A stretch of 64,000 nucleotides of DNA from Nemertoderma westbladi (Eukaryota; Animalia; Xenacoelomorpha): assembly GCA_032718475.1 (NCBI GenBank), contig JAUCBJ010007253.1, positions 124,001-188,000 of the forward strand. Direction: 5' to 3'. How positions within the stretch are numbered: the first letter of the stretch is position 1; every line of letters begins with the position of its first letter. Under the pieces are notes generated by a model, which saw only the letters and a list, made by a program, of their open reading frames with translations, ran no database searches and was not told where the DNA came from. The translations under genes and the position numbers were made by a program. This document shows positions 1 to 15,000 of this stretch, piece by piece.

Positions 1-3000
1 GATATCCTTTTGATTTGGATAGTTTTTTGTATTAATATAAACTAAACTTCTTCTGAGTTGGCTATTTTGTTGTAGTAATAAAAACTAACCTGATATCTTT
101 TGATTTGGATAGTTTTTTGTAGTAATATAAACTAAACTTCTTCTGAGTTGGCTATTTTGTTGTAGTAATAAAAACTAACCTGGTATCCTTTTGATTTGGA
201 TAGTTTTTTGTATTAATATAAACTAAACTTCTTCTGAGTTGGCTATTTTATTGTAGTAATAAAAACTAACCTGATATCCTTTTGATTTGGATAGTTTTTT
301 GTATTAATATAAACTAAACTTCTTCTGAGTTGGTTATTTTGTTGTAGTAATAAAAACTAACCTGATATCTTTTGATTTGGATAGTTTTTTGTATTAATAT
401 AAACTAAACTTCTTCTGAGTTGGCTATTTTATTGTAGTAATAAAAACTAACCTGATATCCTTTTGATTTGGATAGTTTTTTGTATTAATATAAACTAAAC
501 TTCTTCTGAGTTGGTTATTTTGTTGTAGTAATAAAAACTAACCTGATATCTTTTGATTTGGATAGTTTTTTGTATTAATATAAACTAAACTTCTTCTGAG
601 TTGGTTATTTTGTTGTAGTAATAAAAACTAACCTGATATCTTTTGATTTGGATAGTTTTTTGTATTAATATAAACTAAACTTCTTCTGAGTTGGTTATTT
701 TGTTGTAGTAATAAAAACTAACCTGATATCTTTTGATTTGGATAGTTTTTTGTATTAATATAAACTAAACTTCTTCTGAGTTGGTTATTTTGTTGTAGTA
801 ATAAAAACTAACCTGATATCTTTTGATTTGGATAGTTTTTTGTATTAATATAAACTAAACTTCTTCTGAGTTGGTTATTTTGTTGTAGTAATAAAAACTA
901 ACCTGATATCTTTTGATTTGGATAGTTTTTTGTATTAATATAAACTAAACTTCTTCTGAGTTGGCTATTTCGTTGTAGTAATAAAAACTAACCTGATATC
1001 TTTTTGATTTGAATAGTTTTTTGTATTAATATAAACTAAACTTCTTCTGAGTTGGTTATTTTGTTGTAGTAATAAAAACTAACCTGATATCTTTTGATTT
1101 GGATAGTTTTTTGTATTAATATAAACTAAACTTCTTCTGAGTTGGTTATTTTGTTGTAGTAATAAAAACTAACCTGATATCTTTTGATTTGGATAGTTTT
1201 TTGTATTAATATAAACTAAACTTCTTCTGAGTTGGCTATTTCGTTGTAGTAATAAAAACTAACCTGATATCTTTTTGATTTGAATAGTTTTTTGTATTAA
1301 TATAAACTAAACTTCTTCTGAGTTGGCTATTTTATTGTAGTAATAAAAACTAACCTGGTATCCTTTTGATTTGGATAGTTTTTTGTATTAATATAAACTA
1401 AACTTCTTCTGAGTTGGCTATTTTATTGTAGTAATAAAAACTAACCTGATATCCTTTTGATTTGGATAGTTTTTTGTATTAATATAAACTAAACTTCTTC
1501 TGAGTTGGCTATTTTATTGTAGTAATAAAAACTAACCTGGTATCTTTTGATTTGGATAGTTTTTTGTATTAATATAAACTAAACTTCTTCTGAGTTGGCT
1601 ATTTCGTTGTAGTAATAAAAACTAACCTGGTATCTTTTGATTTGGATAGTTTTTTGTATTAATATAAACTAAACTTCTTCTGAGTTGGCTATTTTATTGT
1701 AGTAATAAAAACTAACCTGGTATCCTTTTGATTTGGATAGTTTTTTGTATTAATATAAACTAAACTTCTTCTGAGTTGGCTATTTTGTTGTAGTAATAAA
1801 AACTAACCTGATATCTTTTGATTTGGATAGTTTTTTGTAGTAATATAAACTAAACTTCTTTTGAGTTGGCTATTTTGTTGTAGTAATAAAAACTAACCTG
1901 GTATCCTTTTGATTTGGATAGTTTTTTGTATTAATATAAACTAAACTTCTTCTGAGTTGGCTATTTTATTGTAGTAATAAAAACTAACCTGGTATCCTTT
2001 TGATTTGGATAGTTTTTTGTATTAATATAAACTAAACTTCTTCTGAGTTGGCTATTTTATTGTAGTAATAAAAACTAACCTGGTATCCTTTTGATTTGGA
2101 TAGTTTTTTGTATTAATATAAACTAAACTTCTTCTGAGTTGGCTATTTTATTGTAGTAATAAAAACTAACCTGATATCCTTTTGATTTGGATAGTTTTTT
2201 GTATTAATATAAACTAAACTTCTTCTGAGTTGGCTATTTTATTGTAGTAATAAAAACTAACCTGGTATCCTTTTGATTTGGATAGTTTTTTGTATTAATA
2301 TAAACTAAACTTCTTCTGAGTTGGCTATTTCGTTGTAGTAATAAAAACTAACCTGGTATCTTTTGATTTGGATAGTTTTTTGTATTAATATAAACTAAAC
2401 TTCTTCTGAGTTGGCTATTTTATTGTAGTAATAAAAACTAACCTGATATCCTTTTGATTTGGATAGTTTTTTGTATTAATATAAACTAAACTTCTTCTGA
2501 GTTGGCTAATTTGTTGTAGTAATAAAAACTAACCTGGTATCTTTTGATTTGGATAGTTTTTTGTAGTAATATAAACTAAACTTCTTCTGAGTTGGTTATT
2601 TTGTTGTAGTAATAAAAACTAACCTGATATCTTTTGATTTGGATAGTTTTTTGTATTAATATAAACTAAACTTCTTTTGAGTTGGTTATTTCGTTGTAGT
2701 AATAAAAACTAACCTGATATCCTTTTGATTTGGATAGTTTTTTGTATTAATATAAACTAAACTTCTTCTGAGTTGGCTAATTTATTGTAGTAATAAAAAC
2801 TAACCTGATATCCTTTTGATTTGGATAGTTTTTTGTATTAATATAAACTAAACTTCTTTTGAGTTGGTTATTTTGTTGTAGTAATAAAAACTAACCTGGT
2901 ATCTTTTGATTTGGATAGTTTTTTGTATTAATATAAACTAAACTTCTTCTGAGTTGGCTATTTCGTTGTAGTAATAAAAACTAACCTGATATCCTTTTGA

Positions 3001-6000
3001 TTTGGATAGTTTTTTGTATTAATATAAACTAAACTTCTTCTGAGTTGGCTATTTTGTTGTAGTAATAAAAACTAACCTGATATCTTTTGATTTGGATAGT
3101 TTTTTGTAGTAATATAAACTAAACTTCTTTTGAGTTGGCTAATTTATTGTAGTAATAAAAACTAACCTGATATCCTTTTGATTTGGATAGTTTTTTGTAT
3201 TAATATAAACTAAACTTCTTTTGAGTTGGCTATTTCGTTGTAGTAATAAAAACTAACCTGATATCCTTTTGATTTGGATAGTTTTTTGTATTAATATAAA
3301 CTAAACTTCTTCTGAGTTGGCTATTTTGTTGTAGTAATAAAAACTAACCTGATATCTTTTGATTTGGATAGTTTTTTGTAGTAATATAAACTAAACTTCT
3401 TTTGAGTTGGCTAATTTATTGTAGTAATAAAAACTAACCTGATATCCTTTTGATTTGGATAGTTTTTTGTATTAATATAAACTAAACTTCTTCTGAGTTG
3501 GCTATTTTGTTGTAGTAATAAAAACTAACCTGATATCTTTTGATTTGGATAGTTTTTTGTATTAATATAAACTAAACTTCTTCTGAGTTGGCTATTTTGT
3601 TGTAGTAATAAAAACTAACCTGATATCTTTTGATTTGGATAGTTTTTTGTAGTAATATAAACTAAACTTCTTTTGAGTTGGCTATTTCGTTGTAGTAATA
3701 AAAACTAACCTGATATCTTTTGATTTGGATAGTTTTTTGTATTAATATAAACTAAACTTCTTCTGAGTTGGCTATTTTGTTGTAGTAATAAAAACTAACC
3801 TGGTATCCTTTTGATTTGGATAGTTTTTTGTATTAATATAAACTAAACTTCTTCTGAGTTGGCTATTTTATTGTAGTAATAAAAACTAACCTGATATCCT
3901 TTTGATTTGGATAGTTTTTTGTATTAATATAAACTAAACTTCTTCTGAGTTGGCTATTTTGTTGTAGTAATAAAAACTAACCTGATATCTTTTGATTTGG
4001 ATAGTTTTTTGTAGTAATATAAACTAAACTTCTTTTGAGTTGGCTATTTCGTTGTAGTAATAAAAACTAACCTGATATCTTTTGATTTGGATAGTTTTTT
4101 GTAGTAATATAAACTAAACTTCTTCTGAGTTGGCTATTTTGTTGTAGTAATAAAAACTAACCTGATATCTTTTGATTTGGATAGTTTTTTGTAGTAATAT
4201 AAACTAAACTTCTTTTGAGTTGGCTATTTCGTTGTAGTAATAAAAACTAACCTGATATCTTTTGATTTGGATAGTTTTTTGTAGTAATATAAACTAAACT
4301 TCTTTTGAGTTGGCTATTTCGTTGTAGTAATAAAAACTAACCTGGTATCTTTTGATTTGGATAGTTTTTTGTATTAATATAAACTAAACTTCTTCTGAGT
4401 TGGCTATTTTGTTGTAGTAATAAAAACTAACCTGGTATCCTTTTGATTTGGATAGTTTTTTGTATTAATATAAACTAAACTTCTTCTGAGTTGGCTATTT
4501 TATTGTAGTAATAAAAACTAACCTGATATCCTTTTGATTTGGATAGTTTTTTGTATTAATATAAACTAAACTTCTTCTGAGTTGGCTATTTTGTTGTAGT
4601 AATAAAAACTAACCTGATATCTTTTGATTTGGATAGTTTTTTGTAGTAATATAAACTAAACTTCTTTTGAGTTGGCTATTTCGTTGTAGTAATAAAAACT
4701 AACCTGATATCTTTTGATTTGGATAGTTTTTTGTATTAATATAAACTAAACTTCTTCTGAGTTGGCTATTTTGTTGTAGTAATAAAAACTAACCTGGTAT
4801 CCTTTTGATTTGGATAGTTTTTTGTAGTAATATAAACTAAACTTCTTCTGAGTTGGCTATTTTATTGTAGTAATAAAAACTAACCTGATATCCTTTTGAT
4901 TTGGATAGTTTTTTGTATTAATATAAACTAAACTTCTTCTGAGTTGGTTATTTTGTTGTAGTAATAAAAACTAACCTGATATCTTTTGATTTGGATAGTT
5001 TTTTGTATTAATATAAACTAAACTTCTTCTGAGTTGGTTATTTTGTTGTAGTAATAAAAACTAACCTGATATCTTTTGATTTGGATAGTTTTTTGTATTA
5101 ATATAAACTAAACTTCTTCTGAGTTGGTTATTTTGTTGTAGTAATAAAAACTAACCTGATATCTTTTTGATTTGAATAGTTTTTTGTATTAATATAAACT
5201 AAACTTCTTCTGAGTTGGCTATTTTATTGTAGTAATAAAAACTAACCTGGTATCCTTTTGATTTGGATAGTGTTTTGTATTAATATAAACTAAACTTCTT
5301 CTGAGTTGGCTATTTTATTGTAGTAATAAAAACTAACCTGGTATCCTTTTGATTTGGATAGTTTTTTGTATTAATATAAACTAAACTTCTTCTGAGTTGG
5401 CTATTTTGTTGTAGTAATAAAAACTAACCTGATATCTTTTGATTTGGATAGTTTTTTGTATTAATATAAACTAAACTTCTTCTGAGTTGGCTATTTTGTT
5501 GTAGTAATAAAAACTAACCTGGTATCCTTTTGATTTGGATAGTTTTTTGTATTAATATAAACTAAACTTCTTCTGAGTTGGCTATTTTATTGTAGTAATA
5601 AAAACTAACCTGATATCCTTTTGATTTGGATAGTTTTTTGTATTAATATAAACTAAACTTCTTTTGAGTTGGCTATTTTATTGTAGTAATAAAAACTAAC
5701 CTGATATCCTTTTGATTTGGATAGTTTTTTGTATTAATATAAACTAAACTTCTTCTGAGTTGGCTATTTTGTTGTAGTAATAAAAACTAACCTGATATCT
5801 TTTGATTTGGATAGTTTTTTGTATTAATATAAACTAAACTTCTTCTGAGTTGGCTATTTTATTGTAGTAATAAAAACTAACCTGGTATCCTTTTGATTTG
5901 GATAGTTTTTTGTATTAATATAAACTAAACTTCTTCTGAGTTGGCTATTTCGTTGTAGTAATAAAAACTAACCTGGTATCTTTTGATTTGGATAGTTTTT

Positions 6001-9000
6001 TGTATTAATATAAACTAAACTTCTTCTGAGTTGGCTATTTCGTTGTAGTAATAAAAACTAACCTGATATCTTTTGATTTGGATAGTTTTTTGTAGTAATA
6101 TAAACTAAACTTCTTCTGAGTTGGCTATTTTGTTGTAGTAATAAAAACTAACCTGATATCCTTTTGATTTGGATAGTTTTTTGTATTAATATAAACTAAA
6201 CTTCTTCTGAGTTGGCTATTTCGTTGTAGTAATAAAAACTAACCTGATATCCTTTTGATTTGGATAGTTTTTTGTATTAATATAAACTAAACTTCTTCTG
6301 AGTTGGCTATTTTGTTGTAGTAATAAAAACTAACCTGATATCCTTTTGATTTGGATAGTTTTTTGTATTAATATAAACTAAACTTCTTCTGAGTTGGCTA
6401 TTTTGTTGTAGTAATAAAAACTAACCTGATATCTTTTGATTTGGATAGTTTTTTGTAGTAATATAAACTAAACTTCTTTTGAGTTGGCTATTTCGTTGTA
6501 GTAATAAAAACTAACCTGATATCTTTTGATTTGGATAGTTTTTTGTATTAATATAAACTAAACTTCTTCTGAGTTGGCTATTTCGTTGTAGTAATAAAAA
6601 CTAACCTGATATCCTTTTGATTTGGATAGTTTTTTGTATTAATATAAACTAAACTTCTTCTGAGTTGGCTATTTTATTGTAGTAATAAAAACTAACCTGA
6701 TATCCTTTTGATTTGGATAGTTTTTTGTATTAATATAAACTAAACTTCTTCTGAGTTGGCTATTTTGTTGTAGTAATAAAAACTAACCTGATATCTTTTG
6801 ATTTGGATAGTTTTTTGTAGTAATATAAACTAAACTTCTTTTGAGTTGGCTATTTCGTTGTAGTAATAAAAACTAACCTGATATCTTTTGATTTGGATAG
6901 TTTTTTGTATTAATATAAACTAAACTTCTTCTGAGTTGGCTATTTTATTGTAGTAATAAAAACTAACCTGATATCTTTTGATTTGGATAGTTTTTTGTAG
7001 TAATATAAACTAAACTTCTTTTGAGTTGGCTATTTCGTTGTAGTAATAAAAACTAACCTGATATCTTTTGATTTGGATAGTTTTTTGTATTAATATAAAC
7101 TAAACTTCTTCTGAGTTGGCTATTTTGTTGTAGTAATAAAAACTAACCTGATATCCTTTTGATTTGGATAGTTTTTTGTATTAATATAAACTAAACTTCT
7201 TCTGAGTTGGCTATTTTGTTGTAGTAATAAAAACTAACCTGATATCTTTTGATTTGGATAGTTTTTTGTAGTAATATAAACTAAACTTCTTTTGAGTTGG
7301 CTATTTCGTTGTAGTAATAAAAACTAACCTGATATCTTTTGATTTGGATAGTTTTTTGTATTAATATAAACTAAACTTCTTCTGAGTTGGCTATTTTATT
7401 GTAGTAATAAAAACTAACCTGATATCCTTTTGATTTGGATAGTTTTTTGTAGTAATATAAACTAAACTTCTTCTGAGTTGGCTATTTTGTTATAGTAATA
7501 AAAACTAACCTGATATCTTTTGATTTGGATAGTTTTTTGTAGTAATATAAACTAAACTTCTTCTGAGTTGGCTATTTTGTTATAGTAATAAAAACTAACC
7601 TGATATCTTTTGATTTGGATAGTTTTTTGTAGTAATATAAACTAAACTTCTTCTGAGTTGGCTATTTTGTTATAGTAATAAAAACTAACCTGATATCTTT
7701 TGATTTGGATAGTTTTTTGTATTAATATAAACTAAACTTCTTCTGAGTTGGCTATTTTGTTGTAGTAATAAAAACTAACCTGATATCTTTTGATTTGGAT
7801 AGTTTTTTGTAGTAATATAAACTAAACTTCTTCTGAGTTGGCTATTTTGTTATAGTAATAAAAACTAACCTGATATCTTTTGATTTGGATAGTTTTTTGT
7901 AGTAATATAAACTAAACTTCTTCTGAGTTGGCTATTTTGTTATAGTAATAAAAACTAACCTGATATCTTTTGATTTGGATAGTTTTTTGTAGTAATATAA
8001 ACTAAACTTCTTCTGAGTTGGCTATTTTGTTATAGTAATAAAAACTAACCTGATATCTTTTGATTTGGATAGTTTTTTGTAGTAATATAAACTAAACTTC
8101 TTCTGAGTTGGCTATTTTGTTATAGTAATAAAAACTAACCTGATATCTTTTGATTTGGATAGTTTTTTGTATTAATATAAACTAAACTTCTTCTGAGTTG
8201 GTTATTTTGTTGTAGTAATAAAAACTAACCTGATATCCTTTTGATTTGGATAGTTTTTTGTAGTAATATAAACTAAACTTCTTCTGAGTTGGCTATTTTG
8301 TTATAGTAATAAAAACTAACCTGATATCTTTTGATTTGGATAGTTTTTTGTAGTAATATAAACTAAACTTCTTCTGAGTTGGCTATTTTGTTATAGTAAT
8401 AAAAACTAACCTGATATCTTTTGATTTGGATAGTTTTTTGTATTAATATAAACTAAACTTCTTCTGAGTTGGTTATTTTGTTGTAGTAATAAAAACTAAC
8501 CTGATATCCTTTTGATTTGGATAGTTTTTTGTATTAATATAAACTAAACTTCTTCTGAGTTGGTTATTTTGTTGTAGTAATAAAAACTAACCTGATATCC
8601 TTTTGATTTGGATAGTTTTTTGTAGTAATATAAACTAAACTTCTTCTGAGTTGGCTATTTTGTTATAGTAATAAAAACTAACCTGATATCTTTTGATTTG
8701 GATAGTTTTTTGTATTAATATAAACTAAACTTCTTCTGAGTTGGCTAATTTGTTGTAGTAATAAAAACTAACCTGGTATCCTTTTGATTTGGATAGTTTT
8801 TTGTATTAATATAAACTAAACTTCTTCTGAGTTGGTTATTTTGTTGTAGTAATAAAAACTAACCTGATATCCTTTTGATTTGGATAGTTTTTTGTATTAA
8901 TATAAACTAAACTTCTTCTGAGTTGGTTATTTTGTTGTAGTAATAAAAACTAACCTGGTATCCTTTTGATTTGGATAGTTTTTTGTATTAATATAAACTA

Positions 9001-12000
9001 AACTTCTTCTGAGTTGGTTATTTTGTTGTAGTAATAAAAACTAACCTGGTATCCTTTTGATTTGGATAGTTTTTTGTAGTAATATAAACTAAACTTCTTC
9101 TGAGTTGGCTATTTTGTTATAGTAATAAAAACTAACCTGATATCTTTTGATTTGGATAGTTTTTTGTATTAATATAAACTAAACTTCTTTTGAGTTGGTT
9201 ATTTCGTTGTAGTAATAAAAACTAACCTGATATCTTTTGATTTGTATAGTTTTTTGTATTAATATAAACTAAACTTCTTTTGAGTTGGCTATTTTGTTGT
9301 AGTAATAAAAACTAACCTGATATCCTTTTGATTTGGATAGTTTTTTGTATTAATATAAACTAAACTTCTTTTGAGTTGGCTATTTTGTTGTAGTAATAAA
9401 AACTAACCTGGTATCCTTTTGATTTGGATAGTTTTTTGTATTAATATAAACTAAACTTCTTCTGAGTTGGCTATTTTGTTGTAGTAATAAAAACTAACCT
9501 GGTATCCTTTTGATTTGGATAGTTTTTTGTATTAATATAAACTAAACTTCTTCTGAGTTGGCTATTTTGTTGTAGTAATAAAAACTAACCTGGTATCCTT
9601 TTGATTTGGATAGTTTTTTGTATTAATATAAACTAAACTTCTTCTGAGTTGGCTATTTTATTTTAGTAATAAAAACTAACCTGATATCCTTTTGATTTGT
9701 ATAGTTTTTTGTATTAATATAAACTAAACTTCTTCTGAGTTGGCTATTTTGTTGTAGTAATAAAAACTAACCTGGTATCCTTTTGATTTGGATAGTTTTT
9801 TGTATTAATATAAACTAAACTTCTTCTGAGTTGGCTATTTTGTTGTAGTAATAAAAACTAACCTGGTATCCTTTTGATTTGGATAGTTTTTTGTATTAAT
9901 ATAAACTAAACTTCTTCTGAGTTGGCTATTTTGTTGTAGTAATAAAAACTAACCTGGTATCCTTTTGATTTGGATAGTTTTTTGTATTAATATAAACTAA
10001 ACTTCTTCTGAGTTGGCTATTTTGTTGTAGTAATAAAAACTAACCTGGTATCCTTTTGATTTGGATAGTTTTTTGTATTAATATAAACTAAACTTCTTCT
10101 GAGTTGGCTATTTTATTTTAGTAATAAAAACTAACCTGATATCCTTTTGATTTGTATAGTTTTTTGTATTAATATAAACTAAACTTCTTCTGAGTTGGCT
10201 ATTTTGTTGTAGTAATAAAAACTAACCTGGTATCCTTTTGATTTGGATAGTTTTTTGTATTAATATAAACTAAACTTCTTCTGAGTTGGCTATTTTGTTG
10301 TAGTAATAAAAACTAACCTGGTATCCTTTTGATTTGGATAGTTTTTTGTATTAATATAAACTAAACTTCTTCTGAGTTGGCTATTTTGTTGTAGTAATAA
10401 AAACTAACCTGGTATCCTTTTGATTTGGATAGTTTTTTGTATTAATATAAACTAAACTTCTTCTGAGTTGGCTATTTTGTTGTAGTAATAAAAACTAACC
10501 TGGTATCCTTTTGATTTGGATAGTTTTTTGTATTAATATAAACTAAACTTCTTCTGAGTTGGCTATTTTGTTGTAGTAATAAAAACTAACCTGGTATCCT
10601 TTTGATTTGGATAGTTTTTTGTATTAATATAAACTAAACTTCTTCTGAGTTGGCTATTTTGTTGTAGTAATAAAAACTAACCTGGTATCCTTTTGATTTG
10701 GATAGTTTTTTGTATTAATATAAACTAAACTTCTTCTGAGTTGGCTATTTTATTTTAGTAATAAAAACTAACCTGATATCCTTTTGATTTGTATAGTTTT
10801 TTGTATTAATATAAACTAAACTTCTTCTGAGTTGGCTATTTTGTTGTAGTAATAAAAACTAACCTGGTATCCTTTTGATTTGGATAGTTTTTTGTATTAA
10901 TATAAACTAAACTTCTTCTGAGTTGGCTATTTTGTTGTAGTAATAAAAACTAACCTGGTATCCTTTTGATTTGGATAGTTTTTTGTATTAATATAAACTA
11001 AACTTCTTCTGAGTTGGCTATTTTGTTGTAGTAATAAAAACTAACCTGGTATCCTTTTGATTTGGATAGTTTTTTGTATTAATATAAACTAAACTTCTTT
11101 TGAGTTGGTTATTTTATTGTAGTAATAAAAACTAACCTGATATCTTTTGATTTGGATAGTTTTTTGTAGTAATATAAACTAAACTTCTTCTGAGTTGGCT
11201 ATTTTGTTATAGTAATAAAAACTAACCTGATATCTTTTGATTTGGATAGTTTTTTGTATTAATATAAACTAAACTTCTTCTGAGTTGGCTAATTTGTTGT
11301 AGTAATAAAAACTAACCTGGTATCCTTTTGATTTGGATAGTTTTTTGTATTAATATAAACTAAACTTCTTCTGAGTTGGTTATTTTGTTGTAGTAATAAA
11401 AACTAACCTGATATCCTTTTGATTTGGATAGTTTTTTGTATTAATATAAACTAAACTTCTTCTGAGTTGGTTATTTTGTTGTAGTAATAAAAACTAACCT
11501 GGTATCCTTTTGATTTGGATAGTTTTTTGTATTAATATAAACTAAACTTCTTCTGAGTTGGTTATTTTGTTGTAGTAATAAAAACTAACCTGGTATCCTT
11601 TTGATTTGGATAGTTTTTTGTAGTAATATAAACTAAACTTCTTCTGAGTTGGCTATTTTGTTATAGTAATAAAAACTAACCTGATATCTTTTGATTTGGA
11701 TAGTTTTTTGTATTAATATAAACTAAACTTCTTTTGAGTTGGTTATTTCGTTGTAGTAATAAAAACTAACCTGATATCTTTTGATTTGTATAGTTTTTTG
11801 TATTAATATAAACTAAACTTCTTTTGAGTTGGCTATTTTGTTGTAGTAATAAAAACTAACCTGATATCCTTTTGATTTGGATAGTTTTTTGTATTAATAT
11901 AAACTAAACTTCTTTTGAGTTGGCTATTTTGTTGTAGTAATAAAAACTAACCTGGTATCCTTTTGATTTGGATAGTTTTTTGTATTAATATAAACTAAAC

Positions 12001-15000
12001 TTCTTCTGAGTTGGCTATTTTGTTGTAGTAATAAAAACTAACCTGGTATCCTTTTGATTTGGATAGTTTTTTGTATTAATATAAACTAAACTTCTTCTGA
12101 GTTGGCTATTTTGTTGTAGTAATAAAAACTAACCTGGTATCCTTTTGATTTGGATAGTTTTTTGTATTAATATAAACTAAACTTCTTCTGAGTTGGCTAT
12201 TTTATTGTAGTAATAAAAACTAACCTGATATCCTTTTGATTTGGATAGTTTTTTGTATTAATATAAACTAAACTTCTTCTGAGTTGGCTATTTTGTTGTA
12301 GTAATAAAAACTAACCTGGTATCCTTTTGATTTGGATAGTTTTTTGTATTAATATAAACTAAACTTCTTCTGAGTTGGCTATTTTGTTGTAGTAATAAAA
12401 ACTAACCTGGTATCCTTTTGATTTGGATAGTTTTTTGTATTAATATAAACTAAACTTCTTCTGAGTTGGCTATTTTGTTGTAGTAATAAAAACTAACCTG
12501 GTATCCTTTTGATTTGGATAGTTTTTTGTATTAATATAAACTAAACTTCTTTTGAGTTGGTTATTTTATTGTAGTAATAAAAACTAACCTGATATCTTTT
12601 GATTTGGATAGTTTTTTGTAGTAATATAAACTAAACTTCTTCTGAGTTGGCTATTTTGTTATAGTAATAAAAACTAACCTGATATCTTTTGATTTGGATA
12701 GTTTTTTGTAGTAATATAAACTAAACTTCTTCTGAGTTGGCTATTTTGTTATAGTAATAAAAACTAACCTGATATCTTTTGATTTGGATAGTTTTTTGTA
12801 GTAATATAAACTAAACTTCTTCTGAGTTGGCTATTTTGTTATAGTAATAAAAACTAACCTGATATCTTTTGATTTGGATAGTTTTTTGTAGTAATATAAA
12901 CTAAACTTCTTCTGAGTTGGCTATTTTGTTATAGTAATAAAAACTAACCTGATATCTTTTGATTTGGATAGTTTTTTGTAGTAATATAAACTAAACTTCT
13001 TCTGAGTTGGCTATTTTGTTATAGTAATAAAAACTAACCTGATATCTTTTGATTTGGATAGTTTTTTGTATTAATATAAACTAAACTTCTTCTGAGTTGG
13101 CTATTTTGTTGTAGTAATAAAAACTAACCTGGTATCTTTTGATTTGGATAGTTTTTTGTATTAATATAAACTAAACTTCTTCTGAGTTGGCTATTTTGTT
13201 GTAGTAATAAAAACTAACCTGGTATCCTTTTGATTTGGATAGTTTTTTGTATTAATATAAACTAAACTTCTTCTGAGTTGGCTATTTTGTTGTAGTAATA
13301 AAAACTAACCTGGTATCCTTTTGATTTGGATAGTTTTTTGTATTAATATAAACTAAACTTCTTCTGAGTTGGCTATTTTGTTGTAGTAATAAAAACTAAC
13401 CTGGTATCCTTTTGATTTGGATAGTTTTTTGTATTAATATAAACTAAACTTCTTTTGAGTTGGTTATTTTATTGTAGTAATAAAAACTAACCTGGTATCC
13501 TTTTGATTTGGATAGTTTTTTGTAGTAATATAAACTAAACTTCTTCTGAGTTGGCTATTTTGTTATAGTAATAAAAACTAACCTGATATCTTTTGATTTG
13601 GATAGTTTTTTGTAGTAATATAAACTAAACTTCTTCTGAGTTGGCTATTTTGTTATAGTAATAAAAACTAACCTGATATCTTTTGATTTGGATAGTTTTT
13701 TGTAGTAATATAAACTAAACTTCTTCTGAGTTGGCTATTTTGTTATAGTAATAAAAACTAACCTGATATCTTTTGATTTGGATAGTTTTTTGTATTAATA
13801 TAAACTAAACTTCTTCTGAGTTGGCTATTTTATTGTAGTAATAAAAACTAACCTGGTATCCTTTTGATTTGGATAGTTTTTTGTATTAATATAAACTAAA
13901 CTTCTTCTGAGTTGGTTATTTTGTTGTAGTAATAAAAACTAACCTGGTATCCTTTTGATTTGGATAGTTTTTTGTATTAATATAAACTAAACTTCTTCTG
14001 AGTTGGCTATTTTGTTGTAGTAATAAAAACTAACCTGATATCTTTTGATTTGTATAGTTTTTTGTATTAATATAAACTAAACTTCTTCTGAGTTGGCTAT
14101 TTTATTGTAGTAATAAAAACTAACCTGATATCTTTTGATTTGTATAGTTTTTTGTATTAATATAAACTAAACTTCTTCTGAGTTGGCTATTTTATTGTAG
14201 TAATAAAAACTAACCTGGTATCCTTTTGATTTGGATAGTTTTTTGTATTAATATAAACTAAACTTCTTTTGAGTTGGCTATTTTGTTGTAGTAATAAAAA
14301 CTAACCTGGTATCCTTTTGATTTGGATAGTTTTTTGTATTAATATAAACTAAACTTCTTTTGAGTTGGCTATTTTGTTGTAGTAATAAAAACTAACCTGA
14401 TATCTTTTGATTTGGATAGTTTTTTGTAGTAATATAAACTAAACTTCTTCTGAGTTGGCTATTTTGTTGTAGTAATAAAAACTAACCTGATATCTTTTGA
14501 TTTGGATAGTTTTTTGTAGTAATATAAACTAAACTTCTTTTGAGTTGGCTATTTTGTTGTAGTAATAAAAACTAACCTGATATCTTTTGATTTGGATAGT
14601 TTTTTGTAGTAATATAAACTAAACTTCTTTTGAGTTGGCTATTTTGTTGTAGTAATAAAAACTAACCTGATATCTTTTGATTTGGATAGTTTTTTGTAGT
14701 AATATAAACTAAACTTCTTTTGAGTTGGCTATTTTGTTGTAGTAATAAAAACTAACCTGATATCTTTTGATTTGGATAGTTTTTTGTAGTAATATAAACT
14801 AAACTTCTTCTGAGTTGGCTATTTTATTGTAGTAATAAAAACTAACCTGATATCTTTTGATTTGTATAGTTTTTTGTATTAATATAAACTAAACTTCTTC
14901 TGAGTTGGCTATTTTATTGTAGTAATAAAAACTAACCTGGTATCCTTTTGATTTGGATAGTTTTTTGTATTAATATAAACTAAACTTCTTTTGAGTTGGC